A stretch of 37,303 bases of DNA from Spirogloea muscicola (Eukaryota): contig WELB01000003.1 in NCBI GenBank assembly GCA_009602725.1, forward strand, positions 1,159,496 to 1,196,798, read 5' to 3'. The notes beneath the pieces are model-generated. The model was not told the origin of the DNA. It did not search any database and worked only from the letters and a program-made list of their open reading frames with translations. This document shows positions 23,501-35,700 of the stretch, in pieces. Positions within the stretch are counted from its first letter, which is position 1. Each line of letters starts with the position of its first letter. Both the position numbers and the translations under genes were made by a program.

Positions 23501-24236
23501 GACAGAGTTCCTGGTGAGGCAGATCACCCAAATGGGCAAGCCACAGAGGCTCACCCGTCGGCATCAGGCATGGTCGCGATCTCGTCATCGCACACTTCCT
23601 GCGGCACGCCGTCAAGCGCCGCGCCCGTGAAGAGCTCGGAGCCTCCGAACATACCCTCCATGTGGCGAATGGGCACCACCTGCGTCACCCCGTAGAGGTC
23701 AGCCACTTTCTGACCAAGAGGTGGATCAAGTACTGGTCAGGACTCCCAAGCTCCTTCCGAGTCATTGTGCGGCATCCATTCTGAGGCGTGCTTGCGTGCA
23801 GGATGCAGCTGCGGGAGCTGCGGCAAGCATTGTCAATTGCGATTGACACAATGTAGGCAGTTTCAGTGACTAAGATATAGCTTCCAGTGTGCCTCGCCGC
23901 TGTTATGTTGACACTTACTGACGAGCTAGCGGCCCGCAGCTATCCAGTTGCCTCCATGCGCTCACCTTGCCCTTGCAGATGCCATGGATGTCGACGAAGC
24001 TGGCTATTGCATACTTGACGCCCTCTCCCTCAAGCCGAGCTTGCAGCTCCTGAGGCGCCGGAGGACACGGTGTCAAAGTGGCAGGTGCTGCTGCACTCAC
24101 TGGGGTGCGAGCCGTCAATAGCCAAGGTGCGCTTCACCAGCATAGCCGGCCAGGGCCACTGTTACTCAAGGAGCTCATCGTTTCAGGGGCGCACAGGAAG
24201 AGGGGGAGCTGGCGGCGGCCGTGTGAAGCTCGCCAT
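20569..24236 (-). CDS. glnT: Bacterial GlnT / gamma-glutamylmethylamide-synthetase-type glutamate-amine ligase (glutamine synthetase superfamily), 12 exons, 457 aa as modelled
   Basis: Exons 24236-24195, 24049-23966, 23679-23555, 23167-23106, 22883-22770, 22448-22336, 22024-21942, 21795-21680, 21552-21378, 21253-21093, 20977-20813 and 20702-20569 are all GT-AG and join in frame (1374 nt). Motifs: [113 protein letters not shown]. The first exon is the least certain. Confidence 0.9.
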
Positions 24237-24834
24237 GGTGTCGAGCAGTGACGGCGCGGGCCTCCCAAGGAGTGGCAGCTCCCGGCGGCCCCTGGCTTAG
24301 CGAGCGGACTCGCGCAGCTCGGCTTGGGCTGAGGCCAGAGCTGCTATGCAGAGGCGGCGCCCCAACATTGGGTCCCCCGTGGCCATCAGGTGATCCACCT
24401 CCGCCGTCGGCCAGGCACCGACTCGCCCACGATCCTCCCTGCGCAGCTCGGCAGCGATCAAGCAACTGTGACGGTGGGCAACCACAAGTGCGAGCTCGCT
24501 TGGCCAACGTCGCCGAGCCTCCTCGGCTTTGCAGCGAGCCAGCTCTAGAGACGACGGTGTGCACGCGGAGCCGGAGAACCCGACAGCTTGTTGTGAGCCA
24601 TCGCCGCCGCGGGGGAGGTGAGGAGGATCGTGGGGGGCGGACCTTGTGAAGTGGGCTTTGCGGGCTTGCCTCGCACTGCGGGCTGTGAGCAGGGCGAGGG
24701 CTCCTCAGTGGCGGCGGCGGCGGCGGCGGCGGCGTCTGAGGCAAGCTCGGCCTCGCCTCCTTACTCTGCTGCAGCTGGCCTCAGCTCTCGACCAGCACTC
24801 CCCCCTTCCCGTCACTTAGCGACCTCTATGGGCT

Positions 24835-26335
24835 GACTCGTGGTTACTGAGTGGGTCAGCTCAGCAGCAGGTGATCTACATTTGTCAATGTGCTTGCCTT
24901 TGTACTTGGCCACTCAGGCCCTCTAGCACTTAATACAAAACCCACTTCCTTTCCTTTTGGACCTTGTCCTTGTTGCTGCAGGAGAAAGAGAGACTCTTTC
25001 AGTAGAGGGCGACTGGCCAGCCCAGAAAATAGAATGGACAAACTTCAGAGGGGCCAGACTGCGACTCAAGTGGCCACTGGTGCTCAACATTCGCTGTTGA
25101 GCTGCCGCAGAAATGTGTGTGTGTCAAGAGATGGCTAGCTGTGTGTTTCCCTTCTTCTCGGCACCTGTTGTGGCTCTTTGGTTTTTGTCCATTCTTTATT
25201 GGCTGGCTTCTGCCAGCCCCTCTCTTCTATGGGCGAGCACATTCATCTGGCCCTGGTTAAGAGATGGGGATGCCATGTGTGGCCGAGTACAAGGGCAAGC
25301 ACTTTGACAAACGTACGTCACCTGCTGCTAAGCTGACCCGCTCAGTAACCACTGGCCGCAGAGCTGGCTTCTTTCCCCTTCTCGTTCTTTGTTCATTCTT
25401 TTTTGGGCTGGCTTGTCCAGCCCCTATCCTCAATGGGCGAGCCCTTTCTTCTTTCTGGAGGCAGCAAGCGCGGCCAGATTGACAGGTGTGCCCTTCTTTC
25501 GGGCTGGCTTTTTGGGGCTGGCTTTGCCAGCCCCTCTTCTCCATGAGCGAGCACTTCCTTGCTTTTCACAGCCCTCGGCCCCTGTGGTGAACGAGCAGCC
25601 CGCGGCCGTTTAGAGACGCCCAGTGGTGCCCATTGGAAGAGCTGCTTCTCTTGCGAGAGCCCCATCGTGGCCACTGGAGTTGCAGTATACGTTTAGTACT
25701 CCTCTGGCTCTTCCGAACTCTGTTCATCCTTTGTCTGGGCTGGCCAATCACAGCCATCGCCCTCTACCTGAAGAGTCTTCCTTCCTCTTTCCCTCATTCT
25801 CTCTGTTCTATGGGCGAGCCATATCTTCTAAGCAAGGACCATATAGGATAATCAACATCTCTTATGACTTCTTGCGCCTTTCGGAGTTACTCGGACTTGC
25901 TGCTGCTCAGTCGTGGGTACTAAGCTTCCCTCTGCCACGTCTCGTGTCGAGCTGTGTGGTTGTTCCTTCCGGCACCTTCTTTGGCTCTTTGGATTCTTGT
26001 CCATTCTTTCTGGGCTGGCCTTTGCGAGCCCCTCTTCTGTATGGGCGAGCCATGTCTTTCGGCCATCTCAGACCTTCAGCATGTTGGCCCTCTCACAGCC
26101 ATTGCTGCAAATGGGCAAAGCAAAGGGACCCACTTCCAGGACCCTAGCATCTCTGATCTGCGGCTGCTCAGCAGGAATTACTGAGTCATTCGTAGCTGCT
26201 TTGTTTCTTCTTGTGCTTGTTTTTCTTAGCGCTTCCCCTGGCTCCCTTCTCGTACTTTGTCCATTCTTTTTTGGGCTGGCTGTTCCAGCCCCTATCCTCA
26301 ATGGGCGAGCTCTTTCTTCTCTTCCATTCTTCCAC
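24835..26335. mobile_element. Cluster of degenerate RLE element 3' ends and hairpin modules
   Basis: 24835-24935 resembles 17304-17410 and is inverted at 25257-25352. Coding-end remnants: SDLLLLSRGY* (25890-25923) and SDLRLLSRNY* (26184). Hairpins at 25011, 25200, 25405, 25515, 26012 and 26273. Confidence 0.8.
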
Positions 26336-26358
26336 CCGCTTCCCCACCTCCTCCAGCC

Positions 26359-26844
26359 CACGTGACTGCACCAGGAGGGCTGGAGGTCCACGTGGAGACA
26401 CGCAGCCCCCGCCCACCGCCCCGATCGAAGATCTGAGGCTGGGGCTTAGCCACTCACACAAGCCGTCGATGCACAAAATCCGACGATCAATAAAGCGCAA
26501 AACTCCCGCAATCAGCGCCACGGAGGCCCCGCCGCGCGCGCCGTATAAAGTGGCGCGTATCCCGCCGGAGGAGGCGCGCCGCCGCCCTCGGATCCCTCCG
26601 GCGGCAGATCGAACGGTCCGCGCCGCCCGAGCCGTCCGTGCGGGCCCCGGGCTGCCATTGGTCGCGCGGCGGCCGGGCGGCCGGCTGGCGAGCCAATGGG
26701 AACGCGGCATTTTAGACCACGTGTTCCGCGGAGGGGCCGGGGGGGCGCCCTCCCTCCCCTCGCCGCGCTCTGGGCTGTATGCGGGCGCCTCGCCTGAGGC
26801 CAGAGCACCACGTGGCTTCTCTCCCTCCCCGGGGTATCCACGTG
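26359..26844. promoter_or_regulatory. Cluster of five CACGTG (G-box/E-box) sites with CCAAT boxes
   Basis: CACGTG at 26359, 26389, 26718, 26809 and 26839. ATTGG at 26657 and CCAAT at 26693. The cluster lies between the divergent ligase and permease genes. Confidence 0.4.
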
Positions 26845-26934
26845 GACCTCGCAATTGGGCGTCCCCCCCCCCCTCTTCGCCGCCGGGAAGGTGGAGGGAG
26901 GTGAGGGGAGGGACAGGAGGGAGGGGGGTGAGGG

Positions 26935-27175
26935 NNNNNNNNNNNNNNNNNNNNNNNNNNNNNNNNNNNNNNNNNNNNNNNNNNNNNNNNNNNNNNNNNN
27001 NNNNNNNNNNNNNNNNNNNNNNNNNNNNNNNNNNNNNNNNNNNNNNNNNNNNNNNNNNNNNNNNNNNNNNNNNNNNNNNNNNNNNNNNNNNNNNNNNNNN
27101 NNNNNNNNNNNNNNNNNNNNNNNNNNNNNNNNNNNNNNNNNNNNNNNNNNNNNNNNNNNNNNNNNNNNNNNNNNN
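26935..27175. other. Assembly gap (241 N) flanked by G-rich sequence
   Basis: Run of N in the sequence. Confidence 1.
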
Positions 27176-27429
27176 GGGAGGAGGTGGAGATGGTGAAGAT
27201 GGGTGGGGGGGGGTGAGTGCAGGGTGGAGATAAGCCGAGGGGCAAGCACGACCAGTCGAGACCAGAGGCCGGAGCGCGCGCCCCCCACCCCCCTCCATCA
27301 CTCAGTACCCCATTTCCTCGGGTGGCATCGTCCTTGGTAGTCCCGCAGGCCGGTCCAGCCGAGGGGGGCGGGAAGGCCCAGTGGGTGGCGGCAAGTGGGG
27401 CGTCGGCGGGCTCCGAGACGTGGGCGCCC

Positions 27430-27433
<4 letters not shown>

Positions 27434-27475
<42 letters not shown>
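27434..27475 (+). repeat. (GA)n microsatellite, about 21 units, upstream of the permease
   Basis: Read directly; about 260 bp before the ATG at 27734. Confidence 0.95.
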
Positions 27476-27478
<3 letters not shown>

Positions 27479-27733
27479 GGAGGGCGGAGTGAGTGGTGAA
27501 TGATCGGACCCCACCGCCAGCCCTCCATCGCACCGCCTCGTGCAGCCGCGGCGGCCGCCATCGCCGCCGCCCCACGAGCTCGTCGCAGCCGGAGTCCCAA
27601 GCGCTTGGAGCGAGACGGTGGCACTGGCCAGCGCCGCTGGCCTTGGCACAGGAGCCTGCCGTGACGCATCGCGCGGATCTCCGAACGGCGGCAGCCGGCG
27701 CAGCCCAGTAGCCGTCGCGGGCTCCAGCCCGCC

Positions 27734-30700
27734 ATGGCGCCCGGCGCAGCCATGGACGGCGGCGCCTATGGTGCGGCTTCCCGCCGCCATGCGACCCCGG
27801 TCATCATGACCCACGTCGCCTTTGCTTGGCAGCCGCCGCCTCCGTCGCCATTCGTGGTCGTGGTGGCTTGATGCTTCAGTGGGCACCACTCGAGAAGCTG
27901 CGGGCGAGGCTGGGAGGCCTTATTTCCACCTGACGTTGCTTGAGGTTGCTTCGCAAAACACCATTGTGATGGCAATGGCTCGGCGCTGCTGGTGCAGCAG
28001 GCAACGGTGGCGCCGCGGAGGCAGGCCACCACACGACCATCAAGGACAAGGTCAAGCACGCGCTGCACCTGGACTCGGGCGAGGCGCGGCTCAAGGAGCT
28101 CGGCTACAAGCAGGAGCTCACCCGCAGCCTGGTGCGCATCCGCCGCTCGGCTGCTGCCTCGGCTACTTGCAATGCTGCGGGAGCTCTGGCATGCCTCGAT
28201 GACCAAGAGGCGATGCGATGCGAGAGCAGCCTGGCAAGATCGTAAGCCATGCCTGCCGGCAGTCTACTGGTCGACACGCCATGCACCTTAACGCCTGTGC
28301 TTGCCTCCGATGCGCAGAGCGCCTTCACAAACTATGGCTTTGGCTACTCGGAGATCGGCGTCATGATGGGCGTCACGGGCTTGTACAGCATCGGATACGC
28401 ATACGGCGGGCCTGTGTCGCTCGTCTGGGGGTGGGTCATCGTCGCCTTTGGCTCCAACCTCATCTCCCTGTCCCTCGGCGAGATCTGCTCCGCCTTCCCG
28501 GTGAGCCGCCCAGCTTGATGCATAACACAAAGCCATTTTCTCGCTTATGGACAGTCCCTCGCATCTTTCGTGTATGGTCTTATTGGCCGCCCAGCGAGCT
28601 CGCCAGTAATGCATGGGATTCCGATGCATTCTATGCATCGGAATCCCTGTAATATTATGCATGTCCTCAGGGTTTTACTGCGACTTGATCACAAGGCTTG
28701 ACATCAAGCAGGGACTGCGCTTTTGTCGTCCAAAGCTACACCAGACAGTGCTGTCTCCTGATGGCCATACATATCCCGTCGTGCTTGCAGACTGTAGGCG
28801 GTGTGTATTTCTGGTCTCATCACCTTGGAGGAAAGTATGGCAACATCTTCTCCTGGATTGCAGGCTGGTGAAGACATCCTCCTGATAACAGTGTTATACT
28901 ATGTGGGCTCAATCTTCCATTCTGCATGGTGGTCGCACGCATCTCAAGACATTACATAAGTTGGCCTACCCTCGACAGAAGCAATCATGAGCTTGCTGTA
29001 AGTAACAAATTGCTCGCACGGCGCCGCAGGTTCAATTTGCTGGCTGGTTTTGCCAATGTAGCTTCGGTGGATATGATCTGCGCCAACCTCATCGGGCAGA
29101 TGATACTCTTATCCACCGGCACTGCGACTGGGGGAGGGTACTACCCCAGCAAGGGTGCCATGCTTGGGATCTTCAGCGGCATCCTCTTGATTCATGTCTG
29201 CATCAACATTGCAGGTAGAGAAGCTGTCCTCACTCCAGGAGCTAATGCAGTGCCATGCCAACAGAGCCCTTACTGTAAAGTGACCTGTTCTCAGACTTGC
29301 AAAGGATTATGCCATGTTGACACTCCTGACATGCTTTATCTCCAGTTTAGGAGAAGTGCTTGGTAGTAGTGCCCACATTTGTTGATAAGAGTGCAGTATG
29401 GCAAGCTTTTCTTGCACTCTCAACTTTCTGTCAGGTGAATGGGATGACTTCTGAACAGACTTTGACCATTGATGCAATATGAAATATTTCGCAAGCAGTC
29501 TACAAAGAGCCTGTCGAGGTTGCTTCTGATACATCTGTTCTGTTGCAGGAATCTGGCTGGTTGGCCCGCTGGAGAACATCTCCGTCTTCTGGGATTTCAT
29601 TGGCACAATCATTGTTATGATTGTCATCCCTACTGTGGCAGTCAAGCACCAGTCAGCCAAATTCGTGTTTACGGAGTTCATCACTGACACGGCTCCGGGC
29701 ATCCACAGCGAGCCGTACATCTTTGTTGTTGGCTTGCTGACAGCTGCCTTCACCATTGTGGGTAAGTACAGAAGCTGGGATTGTACAGCTTGAGAACCTG
29801 CAGTTCCTCTGCCTTCACTTTCCCAGAGGTTGTCAGCTTGATTCTGTTGTCCTGTACTTCTACTGGATGGACGCTCTGGTCTTCCTCACAAGCTTGTTGA
29901 AGTTTCTAGAAGATCTTGAGGTTTCTAGTGATTGACAGAGAAGGTATCATCACATAGCGAGTTAATCTATTATTTCTACAGAAGGTTTTATAGCATGGCA
30001 ACCTGCTTAAAACCCTTCGATCAGGTTATGATGCTGCTGCGCACATGACGGAGGAGACCAAGGGCGCCGACAAGACCGTTGGCATCGCCATGTGGCTTGC
30101 CGTCGTGGTGTCCTCCATCACTGGATTTGGCTACATTCTCGCGTTGACCTTCAGCATCCAGGTGAGCTCGTCAGGAGCACTGACTGCTATTCTGAGGTTG
30201 TGTTTTCTGATGTTGTTTAAAAGACATGTAAATGTTCATGACTGAGCCCAGCTTTCTGCTTCCTAGTCACCAATTGACTGGCTATCCTCAATATCAATCT
30301 CGTGAAGACATCTCCAACGACAGAAGTCCGATCTCTGTTTGTCAGGACCCCGTGTATGTCGGCAGCCTTGACAACGAGACTGCAGGGTACACTGGCGCCC
30401 AAATCTACTACGATGCATTCTACTCGCGATACCAGAGCGGCACGGGCGCCATCATCCTTCTTGGCATTCCGCTTGGGGCGGCGTGGTTCTCGGGCATGTC
30501 GTGCCTGACAGCGGCTTCCCGCATTGTAAGAGAGACATCTTGCTCGATAAAAGTGTATCATGTATTTTGACCTCATGGTTGCTGTCACCAGACCTGATGA
30601 CTTATGAGACTAAGGTAGCCTCATGCAAGTTGACAGTAAGCTTGCCAAGCATTCTCAATTTACTTGACACAGGTGTGTGGGCTAGCATTGGCTTTCACTT

Positions 30701-31736
30701 TGAATGAGCAATAGGTCACTGACTATAGCAGCAAATCGTTTGGTGCAGTGCTGGTCATTCAACCGGGACAAGGCCTTCCCAGGCTGGCAGATGTGGCGGC
30801 GTGTGGGGCCCTTCACGCAGACTCCCGTAATGGCCATCCTCCTTGTGGCCGTCTGCGCGTTCGGCTTCGCCTGCCTCTGGCTGGTCAGCCTGGCCGCTTT
30901 CAATGGCGTCACCTCCGTCGTCGTCATCGGCTTCTACCTCTCGTACCTCGTGCCCCTGGTGCTCCGTATGACCCTGGGCCGCAACATGGAGGTTAGCAAG
31001 CCCTTCACATGCCCAGTATCTTGTCATTCCCCTCTGAGAACTGCATCACGGCTCCACTGTCCGAGAGTACAGTTGTTGTAGCGTAGTGGAAATCAACAGC
31101 AGCTTCATTACTGCTCTCATGGTAGCGGCGCGCTGCCCAGGTTGCACATCGTCTCTGCACAAGCAGTGCTTAGCTTGTCTGCCAGCAGCAGATTACTCCA
31201 GTACCTGCTCAGCCTGCTCGCTTCTCCATCTGCTCGCATAACAGTGCCCACTGGACTTGCTGTTGTGTGCAGCCTGGCCCATTCAGCCTGGGCAAGTTTG
31301 GCCCCGTTGTGGCATTCTTTGCATCGTGCTACGTCATTGCCATTGTTGTGGTGCTCAGCTTGCCCACAAGTGAGTCAGATGCCCTTGTTATTGCTTGCTC
31401 TTTGTCCACAAATGAATGTTGTCTTTCATCCAGTGCTACCAGGAGGATCTTGTAAAGCAGAAGTATCACAGTCTCAGGTGAATGACAATGTTGAGGAAGA
31501 GTCTCCAGCTACTCTATGCTGACTGCGCGTCACTTGTCTTTCTGCGCTGTGCAGTCTATCCCATCACCATCGACACCCTCAACTACGCCCCCGTGGCTGT
31601 GGGCTGCACTGTTGTCCTCGCTACTACCTTCTGGTTTGGCTGCTACTTGTGGAAGGGTGGGCCCTTCGAGGGCCCCATCCCGACTGTCGAGGATGACTAC
31701 GACAAGCCGATCGGCCAGGCCTTCGGGGCTGTGTAA
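27734..31736 (+). CDS. BAT1: APC-superfamily amino acid/GABA/amine permease (BAT1/GabP-like), 11 exons
   Basis: Exons 27734-27770, 27998(or 28001)-28131, 28318-28500, 28791-28867, 29030-29214, 29549-29761, 30025-30161, 30346-30525, 30749-30991, 31273-31369 and 31555-31736. Motifs: DSGEARLKELGYKQELTRSL, YGGPVSLVWGW, GEICSAFPTVGGVYFW, GYDAAAHMTEETKGAD, AQIYYDAFYSRY, PGPFSLGKFG, TLNYAPVAVG, FEGP. Confidence 0.92.
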
Positions 31737-32719
31737 AGATGGTCGCTGTGGGAGCCGCAAAGGAGCCACCACATGCTTGTCTGCTCCCACATTAGCAGAA
31801 TAAATAGATAAGGTAGCACTCTAGAAGAGCCGCGTCAGAAGTACCAGAAGCTAATTATCTCGCAGATAATGTCCTGTCTTTCCTCATACTCGGTCCTCAA
31901 CTCCCAGGAAGAGCAGGTGTTTTGTGGGTATCAGCTACTCACCGTTGCATGTAGAGCAATACTTAATGCATGTTAAAAAGGTGCACTTTGCTCCACTGAA
32001 TGGTGGAGTCTCTTACTTAGTACTGCGAGCAGAGATACCTTAACAAGCCCTGCTCTCATCGTTGTTACATGGGGCCAGAGTTGCAGCACACTCTGGCTGA
32101 CCTGGACTGATCCAAGTGGGATCCTTCATGCTTAACTAGGACAAAAGAGGCATGAGTCACGGCCGCACTGTCTACATCTTGTACAGACCTTAAGCAAGGT
32201 CAAATTACCCGTATTATTAAATGTGCTGAAGGAGTTTTTATCCCTGTACTTGTGCAGTGCACCTGACTGCTCAGTCTTTGGTTTGACATTTTCCAGGACT
32301 GCAGTGATGACTTGCTCATGCATTGGCCCTCTCTGACTCTTGCAACCAACCAATGTCCCACTACAAAACAGCGTCCTCCAGCATTGATGTCCCAAGGAAT
32401 GCACATCCTCATCTTGGGCTTATGTGCATGTGAGAGAAGGGTGGGAGGTTGGCTGCTGTTTGCTCAGCTGTCGTGATTTTAGAAGCAAGCTCATGCACTC
32501 AGTCACATCACACAGCGCATTGGTGTAATCTGCAGAAGCAATCCAACTACAAGTGGTCCGTCAAAGGGCTCAATCATGTTGAGAGGCCCGTAGACAATGA
32601 GCTTACCTTCAGTATCACTTCCTTTACCACTGGTTCAGACAAAATTTACACAATCTATCTGTCGATGAGTTACTCTTGTATCACACAGAACAAGTGACGA
32701 ACACAGTGCTTTCAAATTG

Positions 32720-35700
32720 TCAGTGGACAGGTGACTGTTCTGAAGGCAGGAAAGGGTCATAGAGGATGCCCCTGATGCATTTGTTCAGGGAGTTGTGACT
32801 TTGTGAGGAGTCATTTGTGAGTGCCGCTGCGCAATGCGATGGTGTCGTGTTTGCCACCTCCACATTTCTGGCGATTGCCTCGGCCACCTACAAAGGATTC
32901 AGAGCAGCAGGATGAATCACAAAGCAGCTGGAGCTATGCTGCCATTACCTACAAAACTATAGTTCGCTACATGACCAGCTCTTGCAAAAATTTGGAGGTA
33001 AACGATTCTGCCTTTTGGGCCCAGAATTAGGGGCAACATGTTGAGGACGCATAGCAGCACCTGCACGGCCGCCTCCTTCAATTTAGATGTTGGCGGATAC
33101 ACGCAGCCAATATCAAGGTCAGTCTGGTCCACCATGCGTGAAAGCGCAACAGCAGCTTCGTAGAACATCTGGTCCTTAATTCGCTGGGCACCGCTGGATA
33201 TCACACCTGCGGACGTGCACTGGCCAGGCGTGAACTGGTGACGTGACAAGCTGAGAACAGCATCATGCAGATCATGGGTAGTTCAGGACTCTGTCGAGCA
33301 TTGCTGTGGGCCTTCGGCTATTGGTATATGGTGACCGTATCAGGTAACCACATGCATATACTGCACATCCCGCACATACGATGCCCTGAAGCTGACACCC
33401 AATGTCCTAAGCTGTGGGGCACTGGCTGGAAATCCAGAAAGGCCAACAAGCACCCACCCAGGCTGATGCCCGGAAAAATGAAGGCGTTGTTGGCGAATCC
33501 GGGCTCGAAGGTCTTATTGCCAAGTGTTACTGGCGGGAACTGCGTCCCGCTGGCAAAGATGGCCTGGCCGCCAGACCACACATATGCCTCTTCGGCGGTG
33601 CACTCGCATTTACTGAGTGGGTTCGAAAGGGCGAAGATGATAGGCCTCGCATTTGCCATGGACATGGCTTCAATGACCTGCCAGTCGAAGCCAACACGTA
33701 TCAACCATCGCAAAGTCATCATCCTTGTGCTATCCATGTTTGTGACTCCAAAAAGCAGCATATCAAATTATCTATAACTGTAAATATGACTCTTATAAGC
33801 CCATGCCAGGGACACTTACCTCGTGGTTGAAGGCCCCAGGTGCAGCCGCAACACCGATGAGAACGGACGGCTGGAGGGCCGTCACGCACGCCCGCAGCGA
33901 CGTTGAGTCGGCAAGAGCCTGCGGCAGGCCCTGCAGGGCGAAGGGCCGCTTGAGGTCCGAGATCGGTGCTGACCGGCCATCGTAGATCAGGCCCTTGGAA
34001 TCCAGCAACGCAATGTGCTCCCGCGCTTCATTGGTAGATAGGCCATGCTCCTCGAGGGCGGTGCAGAGGAGCCTGGCAATGCCAATGCCCGCCTGCACTG
34101 CATGCTGCTCAAGTCAAAGTCGTGCGGGGAGACAGTATCCCCATCAATACTAACTCGTAGCCTGGGTTACGATTGCAATTGAATGTACTGCACTTCGGAT
34201 CCTATCAGAGAGTATAAGGGGAAAATTATAGCACGCCAAATTATGGCATGCAATTGGCAAGTCCGCTTGCATATGGGCCCTCACTGACCTGGCCAGCCCC
34301 CAGCAGGAGAAAGTTCTGCGGGCACAAGCAAGCAGCCCGCACTCAACTTACTACAACGTTCGCTGCCCATGTCATTGTAAATTCTGATCTGACCAAGAAT
34401 GCTGTGACTCTCTGCTAATGTGGTGGTGAAGTGCATGGGCTCAGAACCACAAGGCAGCTACCAAAAGTAGAGGCTGCAGGGGTCCTTGTTGCAGATTATG
34501 GATGTCCCACTTACATCAATTCAAAATTAAAGTTTTGAAGTGCACTTGTGGGATCGAGGCCTCATCGTGGGGCTCTCCACGAGTCTCACCTGCGATGCAA
34601 TGCTATTGCCGGTAATGCGCAGCGCCGCGAGTACACCCGCAAGGGCAATTGCCGCCGTAGACTGGATGTCATCATTGAATGTCACGGTAGAGCCGCAGTA
34701 CTTTGTGAGCAGGTCAAATGAACTGCTAACACCCACATCCTGGCAACATAATGACGTGAGGGACTTCATTCGGCTATCCAGTCTTCATTGCACAACATAA
34801 GGTATGGCCTCGAGGGCAAGCAACCAGTGCACCAGCTAAAAGTCCAGCAACTTAGGTGACCAGTAGCAAGGATAGTTGGTCTGCCTGGCTGACCTCCCAA
34901 TGGATGATAATGTTCCGACCGTAATGGCGTTGCAGCACGCCCACAAGCATGTCCACGAGGTCATAGTACTGCTGGCCCCTGCAACGACCAGAGATCTCTG
35001 GACACTGATGTCAGTCATACCCAGCCGAGCCACTACAAGACTCGCAGCTGAGGCGCCTGAGCGCAGACTTGTGCTACTCCTGTGGACTCTACTGGGGCCC
35101 CATGTAACATCGCAGACACATGCGCCACCTGAGCCGCTCCTCACGGAGGCCGATGTAGGACGGATCTTCCCTCAGCTCCACATTGTTGGTGCCTACGTCC
35201 AGCGCAATTGGCAGGACCTGATTGCAGCCCGAAACAGAAATCAGTGCTCAAGTCTAGGATCTTGGGTCTTGGGTCTGGCTTTTGGGCTTCTAGTCATGGT
35301 TCGTGGCTTGACTGGATTTGAGGCGCTGGCTGATGTGCCACTAGTGCAAGTTGTGGATGCACTCATGCATCAGCCGCGCTGCCATTACACCGGGCTTGAC
35401 TGCAAGCTGAACCGACAACCACAGAATACATTTCTCGTATATCACCTGGTCGGGGTGAAGGCCTGCGGCCACATATACCACTGCCTTGCCAAAAACAATG
35501 CCCGCGCCATGTGCGCCTGGAGCAGAAGAGGCACAGGCTGGCTAGTACCAATGCCAGCACCAATGCCCGGTGGCTGGTACCATCGTCTTGTCAGATGAGA
35601 CGCCCGCAGGGGGCAGGCATCCGACGTACTTTGGACAGCCTTTACTATATCACGCTTTGCAAACTGGGCGCAAAAGGATAGCGGAATACGGCGCATAGGA

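Noticed and set aside
20569..24236. glnT-like gene as bacterial contamination
   Set aside because: It has eleven spliceosomal GT-AG introns and is flanked by host repeats and plant-type genes.
26186..27575. Long ORFs (258-371 aa) around 26.2-27.6 kb
   Set aside because: They are artefacts of the N gap, GC-rich sequence and the GA microsatellite.
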